A DNA stretch of 63,957 bases, counting the filler. It is 5 parts of 5 records of this genome, joined end to end, with 100 filler letters (N's around TTAATTAATTAA, not from the genome) between each part and the next. Parts side by side here need not be neighbours in the genome. Positions count along the whole stretch, not along the records: positions 57,251 to 63,957 come from SRR31156797_5370; 4 more parts are not named here. The stretch is one strand, 5' to 3'. This document shows, piece after piece, positions 59,775-63,957 of this stretch. The notes under the pieces were generated by a model, which saw only the letters and a list, made by a program, of their open reading frames with translations, did no database searches and was not told the origin of the DNA. Position 1 is the first letter of the stretch. The number at the start of each line of letters is the position of its first letter. Position numbers and translations under genes: made by a program.

Positions 59775-60578
59775 ATGGAGGAGATTATCAATTATTTAGA
59801 GGATTTTGGCTTTTCAAGTATGGAGGCAAAAGTATATATAACTTTATTGGAGAATAGAAAATTAACGGGTTATCAAGTGTCAAAATTACTTGATATTTCT
59901 AAATCTTCAGCTTATTCTGCACTTAATAATTTATACAAAAAAAATTGTATTTTTTTATTACCGGGTGAAAATAACGTATATACACCTGAGGAACCATCTA
60001 TATTAATAAATCGAATAAAGAAAAAATTAGATAATTCCGGAGAAAAATTAATTGAAATGTTTAAAGATTCGAAATTTAAAATTACTGATAATAATTTCTA
60101 TAATATTCTGGGTTTAGAAAATAATATTGAAAAAACCAGAGAGCTAATATCATCAGCTAGAAAAGAAATATTGATAAATACAGAGATTAATATATTGAAA
60201 CTTGAAAAAGAGATAAGAGAAGCAGCAAAAAAAGGTGTCAGAATTTTGGTTTTTAATTGGTTGAAAAAAGAGGTTAAAGATCTGCCTGTTGAACTGTATT
60301 CAATATCAAAACATCCTGAAGAATCATCTGGAAGGGAAAGAAATAAAACTGTATTAGTTTGTGATTATGAAGTTGCCTTGGTTTTTGGTGGAGAAAGCTC
60401 GAGAGAAACTATAGGGACATTGTCAAAGCATAGAAACTTTGTCGAAATTCTAACAGAGCATATTTCTACTGATATCTATAATGGTAAGATAATTGAACGA
60501 ACAGGAAAAAGTCCAATTACAGATGCTGATAGAATATATACTATTCGGGAAAATGCTTTTTTTAATGATAAAGTTTGA
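59775..60578 (+). CDS. TrmB family transcriptional regulator
   Basis: LEDFGFSSMEAKVYITLL..TGYQVSK...SKSSAYSALNNL wHTH. Effector domain ISSARKEILI...GVRI...LVCD. GGAGG RBS. Confidence 0.9.
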   Translation: MEEIINYLEDFGFSSMEAKVYITLLENRKLTGYQVSKLLDISKSSAYSALNNLYKKNCIFLLPGENNVYTPEEPSILINRIKKKLDNSGEKLIEMFKDSKFKITDNNFYNILGLENNIEKTRELISSARKEILINTEINILKLEKEIREAAKKGVRILVFNWLKKEVKDLPVELYSISKHPEESSGRERNKTVLVCDYEVALVFGGESSRETIGTLSKHRNFVEILTEHISTDIYNGKIIERTGKSPITDADRIYTIRENAFFNDKV

Positions 60579-60594
60579 TATCACTATAAATAAA

Positions 60595-60631
60595 TGGAGA
60601 CTGATTTTTCGATCAGTCTCCACTTTTTTTT
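60595..60631. terminator. Intrinsic terminator between the convergent trmB genes
   Basis: TGGAGACTGAT-ttttcg-ATCAGTCTCCA followed by a T run. Confidence 0.85.
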
Positions 60632-61463
60632 ATCCAATATTTCTCCGCTCTTCATTAAGTAGGATCATTTTTCGCTTAGATTCCTCTTCGTGTTTCGAGT
60701 TAATCCAAATATCATTCTCAATAAAATCAGGATTATTTTTATATATTTTGGATAAATAAATATCGTGGTGAATGTGCTCCGCAATAATAGTTGCGTATAT
60801 AGGATTATTAGAAAAATTACCTACAAGATTATACTTAGATTCGTTAAATGCAACTAAGACATTTTTTCTGTCACAAACAAGCATAAGTCTTTCACCAACG
60901 GGATTAAAACCATCTTTGGAGTATCTGGAATATACTTCAATATCCAGTCCATATGTGTTTTGTTTTTGAAATGAGAATATAGTAACTTTAACATTTCTGG
61001 TTATTGCATTTTCGAGCTCTTTAATTAAAGGCTTTAAATCCAAATCGAGACTCATATAAATATCTTGTTTAGAATTTGATATCATCTCTTTAGCTTTGGA
61101 GATAATATTGTTATCTCCTTCTAGATTATAAAAATATTTAGTTTCTTCTAACTCTTTGAAACTATTTAACTCTCTTTTCAGGTATTCTGTATTCTCCAAA
61201 TACTCAGTTTCAAGTTCTTGCATCATTACTTCTATATCCTTTGCCTGATACTCTTTATTCTCTGAAGGGACTAAAAACAGATAACCTTTATTATAAAGTG
61301 AATCAATAGCCTGATATACAGTCGATCGTGATAAATTGAGTTCCTTTGCTATTTTGTAACCACTGGATACACCGTTTTTTAAGAAATGAACATAAGTTAA
61401 ACTTTCTGTTTTAGTAAATCCAAATCTCATTAATTTATCGATTATTTTATCTAAATTTATCAT
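60630..61463 (-). CDS. TrmB family transcriptional regulator
   Basis: LMRFGFTKTESLTY...SGYKIAKELNLSRSTVYQAIDSL, and RLMLVCD...IAEHIHHDIYL. Confidence 0.9.
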   Translation of the reverse strand: MINLDKIIDKLMRFGFTKTESLTYVHFLKNGVSSGYKIAKELNLSRSTVYQAIDSLYNKGYLFLVPSENKEYQAKDIEVMMQELETEYLENTEYLKRELNSFKELEETKYFYNLEGDNNIISKAKEMISNSKQDIYMSLDLDLKPLIKELENAITRNVKVTIFSFQKQNTYGLDIEVYSRYSKDGFNPVGERLMLVCDRKNVLVAFNESKYNLVGNFSNNPIYATIIAEHIHHDIYLSKIYKNNPDFIENDIWINSKHEEESKRKMILLNEERRNIG

Positions 61464-61472
61464 AGCAAACCT

Positions 61473-63290
61473 TTATACTTTCTTTTCATCAAAAATCATT
61501 TCATATTCAAATGCACCTAGTTCGAACTCTTCTTTAGTAAGAGGATTCGTAAATTTCACGCTGTCATCACTGTTATTCATAAATATATATAAATCTTCAG
61601 AAATACTCTCTTTTTTCAGTATAAAAGAATTATTAGCTTGATCTATATCTATCCACTTGAATGAATTAACCTGCATAGATGGATGAGTTTTACGTTTACT
61701 GATTAAATCAGATAAATATTTATACAATTCATGCTCTCTAGGGTCGTTATCCCAATCCATCAACTCTCTGTTATTTGCATAAAATCCTTTTAATCCGATT
61801 TCACTTCCATAATAGATACTTGGTGAACCAGGCATAATCATCTGTAATAGATATAGTAGCTTAGCCCTTCTTAGATCAAAATCAGCTATATTAATTACTC
61901 TGGCTGTATCATGACTGTCAATAACGTTGAACATATATGGCATAGTATTTTTAGGGTATGCAACTAAGAAATCACCAAGCTGATTTTTAAACTCTTCAAC
62001 CTTAATTTCATTTTTAATATACTCTCCTTTTTTACCTATGAAATTCCAAATCATAAACATTAGTTCATAATTCATAACTGAATCAAATTGATCTCCCTGA
62101 ATCCACGGATAGTATCCTTCCCAGTTCTCTCCTACGATATATGCATCAGCTTTAGATTTTTTTACGATTTGTCTGAATTCTCGCCAAAATTCATGAGGAA
62201 CTTCATTTGAAACATCAAGTCTCCATCCATCAATATCATAAGTTTCAACCCAGAATTTTGCTACATCGAATAAGTACTCTCTTACTTCAGGATTTGAATG
62301 ATTCCATTTAGGCATCTTTGGTTCTAAAGCGAAAGTTCTATAATTCATATTTAATAAATCTTCATTTGAAATATTATAATTTATAACATCTTCTTCAGAA
62401 AAATCCATTATTGCTTTGTTTGGATCAAGAATGTGGAAGTAATCATAATATTCAGAATCAACTCCTTTTTCTAATACATCTTGCCAAAATGGATGTTTCC
62501 AACTGCAGTGATTGAATACTGCATCAAGAACTATTTTGATACCTCTTTTGTGAGCTTCCTCTACTAATTCGCCAAACTCCTGATTACTTCCAAAAAATGG
62601 ATCAATAGTGTAGTAGTCAATAGTATCATAGTGATGAGCACTATCAGCTACAAATAAGGGAGTAAAGTAAATTCCGTTAATTCCCATCTCTTCTAAATAG
62701 TCGAGTTTAGAAATAATTCCTTTTATATTTCCACCAAAATGTTGATCGTTATATTTTTCAACCGGTTCCCATGGCTGAATATCTCTACCATCATCTGGTG
62801 AACCATTGCAGAATCTATCTACAAAAATTTGATACCAGACAGTTGATTCAACCCATTTGGGAGCTGTAAAGATATCCTCTTTATTGATAAAAGGAAAATT
62901 AAAATATTCTGTATAGTCAGTACGTTTTTTTTCATAAGCTTCATTATCACATATTCCTTTTGAACCGTAAAAGTATTTATCTTCATCAGTTTCCATGATA
63001 AATCCATATCTCATTCTCAGAGTAGATGATTCTAATTCAGCAAACCAAAAATCATATAAGTCATTTGTGTGTTCCTTCTCCATAGAGAGTGATGTGATCT
63101 TCGTTTCAGAAAATACCCAGTTATCAGAATTTTCACTTTCCTGAACCCATACTTCATAAGGATCAAATGTTTTTACTATTACTTTATCAACATCATTTTT
63201 GGCTGTTCTAAACCTTAGATGAAGTTTACCTTCCTCATATATATAAGAGTATCTACTTTTAGTTTCATGATGTACTGCTTGTTTATTCAT
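61473..63290 (-). CDS. GH13 cyclomaltodextrinase/neopullulanase/maltogenic amylase
   Basis: N-terminal LHLRFRTAKND domain, WYQIFVDRF, DAVFNH, GWRLDVSNE (nucleophile), GENW (acid/base), DSHD, PSIYYG. Confidence 0.93.
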   Translation of the reverse strand: MNKQAVHHETKSRYSYIYEEGKLHLRFRTAKNDVDKVIVKTFDPYEVWVQESENSDNWVFSETKITSLSMEKEHTNDLYDFWFAELESSTLRMRYGFIMETDEDKYFYGSKGICDNEAYEKKRTDYTEYFNFPFINKEDIFTAPKWVESTVWYQIFVDRFCNGSPDDGRDIQPWEPVEKYNDQHFGGNIKGIISKLDYLEEMGINGIYFTPLFVADSAHHYDTIDYYTIDPFFGSNQEFGELVEEAHKRGIKIVLDAVFNHCSWKHPFWQDVLEKGVDSEYYDYFHILDPNKAIMDFSEEDVINYNISNEDLLNMNYRTFALEPKMPKWNHSNPEVREYLFDVAKFWVETYDIDGWRLDVSNEVPHEFWREFRQIVKKSKADAYIVGENWEGYYPWIQGDQFDSVMNYELMFMIWNFIGKKGEYIKNEIKVEEFKNQLGDFLVAYPKNTMPYMFNVIDSHDTARVINIADFDLRRAKLLYLLQMIMPGSPSIYYGSEIGLKGFYANNRELMDWDNDPREHELYKYLSDLISKRKTHPSMQVNSFKWIDIDQANNSFILKKESISEDLYIFMNNSDDSVKFTNPLTKEEFELGAFEYEMIFDEKKV

Positions 63291-63633
63291 TTTATTACTC
63301 CTCCTCTTTTTAAAACATTATTATAAAAATTAAACGTATTTTTAATCATACTGTATCATATTAACATAAATTGTAAATATTCCAGATAGTAGTACCATTT
63401 GGACTCTACACAAAATAATAATTATATTATATAATCCTATTATCAAATAAAAGGAAGAGATCTGGATTTCAATTTATTATATTTTAAAAATTGCTGCCAA
63501 AAAATGTCGCGATTAAAAAGCAGCAAAAATGAAAGGGTGAAACTATATTATTAGAAATTAAAACATTTATGGGAAAATGTAAAAATTAAAAATTAATTTA
63601 ACAGAGTAAAAGAAAAAAATATGGAGGAAAAAG

Positions 63634-63957
63634 ATGAAAAAATTATTTAACCTTGTAATGTTATTGGCAGTAATTGCAGTTACTTATACAGAAGCTGAAG
63701 CGGGCTGGTTTAGTAAAAAGAAAAAGAAAGCACCTAAAAAAACAACAAAAAGTTCAAATGGAGAAGTTGTGCCCGAAGACGGGGCTAAACTAATTATTTG
63801 GGAAGCTGAAGGTGCTCAAATGAATTACTTAATGAAAGTTGCTGAAGAGTTCACTGCAAAATATGGTGTAGCTGTAGAATTTGAACCGGTATCTGGTTTA
63901 GCAGCAGGAAGTAAAATAATGCAGGACGGGCCAGCGGGAACTGGAGCAGATGTATTT
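63634..63957 (+). CDS. Maltose/maltodextrin ABC transporter substrate-binding protein, 3' partial
   Basis: Not in the ORF track. GGAGG RBS, then MKKLFNLVMLLAVIAVTYTEAEAGWF...PEDGAKLIIWE...EFTAKYGVAVEFE...QDGPAGTGADVF, running off the window end. Confidence 0.85.
   Translation, partial: MKKLFNLVMLLAVIAVTYTEAEAGWFSKKKKKAPKKTTKSSNGEVVPEDGAKLIIWEAEGAQMNYLMKVAEEFTAKYGVAVEFEPVSGLAAGSKIMQDGPAGTGADVF

Noticed and set aside
63491-63526. TTGCTGC...GCAGCAA inverted repeat upstream of the MalE-like gene as a riboswitch or ncRNA
   Set aside because: Only 7-bp arms with a long loop and no recognisable aptamer features.

Overview
The window is not one locus. It is five unrelated contigs joined by artificial 100-bp spacers (44 N + TTAATTAATTAA + 44 N). 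(1) 1-9686, Bacteroidota-like housekeeping genes: M16 zinc peptidase lipoprotein, nfo, glutathione peroxidase, MFS transporter, SPOR protein, K+ channel, TIGR02757-like protein, 2-oxoacid oxidoreductase gamma subunit. (2) 9787-18134, Desulfobacterota-like: an RND efflux operon (AcrB, MFP, TolC fused to a periplasmic-binding-type domain, DUF2798-like and a small hypothetical gene) behind a clear sigma54 -24/-12 promoter, divergent from a GAF-sigma54 activator. (3) 18235-44446, Desulfobacterota-like: radical SAM/rng, elyC-like, DedA, a Fic toxin with a convergent antitoxin-like gene, ubiE/menG-Gate-acyl-CoA ligase, MBL hydrolase, pgsA plus tandem dynamin-like GTPases, an orphan radical SAM with a Cys-rich partner, amrA-spermidine-synthase-like-amrS (AmrS with a Tat-like leader), and a giant kinase-ATPase-GAF-PAS-sigma54 activator. 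(4) 44547-57150, Bacteroidota-like export/processing cluster: MFP, two AcrB paralogues, signal peptidase I and a lectin-containing transglutaminase-like protein. A GxxExxY nuclease gene sits between the AcrB genes inside inverted decamer arrays, and heptamer arrays occur at a gene junction and inside an AcrB loop. (5) 57251-63957, AT-rich: fliB, two convergent TrmB regulators, a GH13 enzyme and a partial maltose-binding protein. No rRNA, tRNA or CRISPR array was recognised. Taxonomic and family assignments come from motif recognition only; no searches were run.
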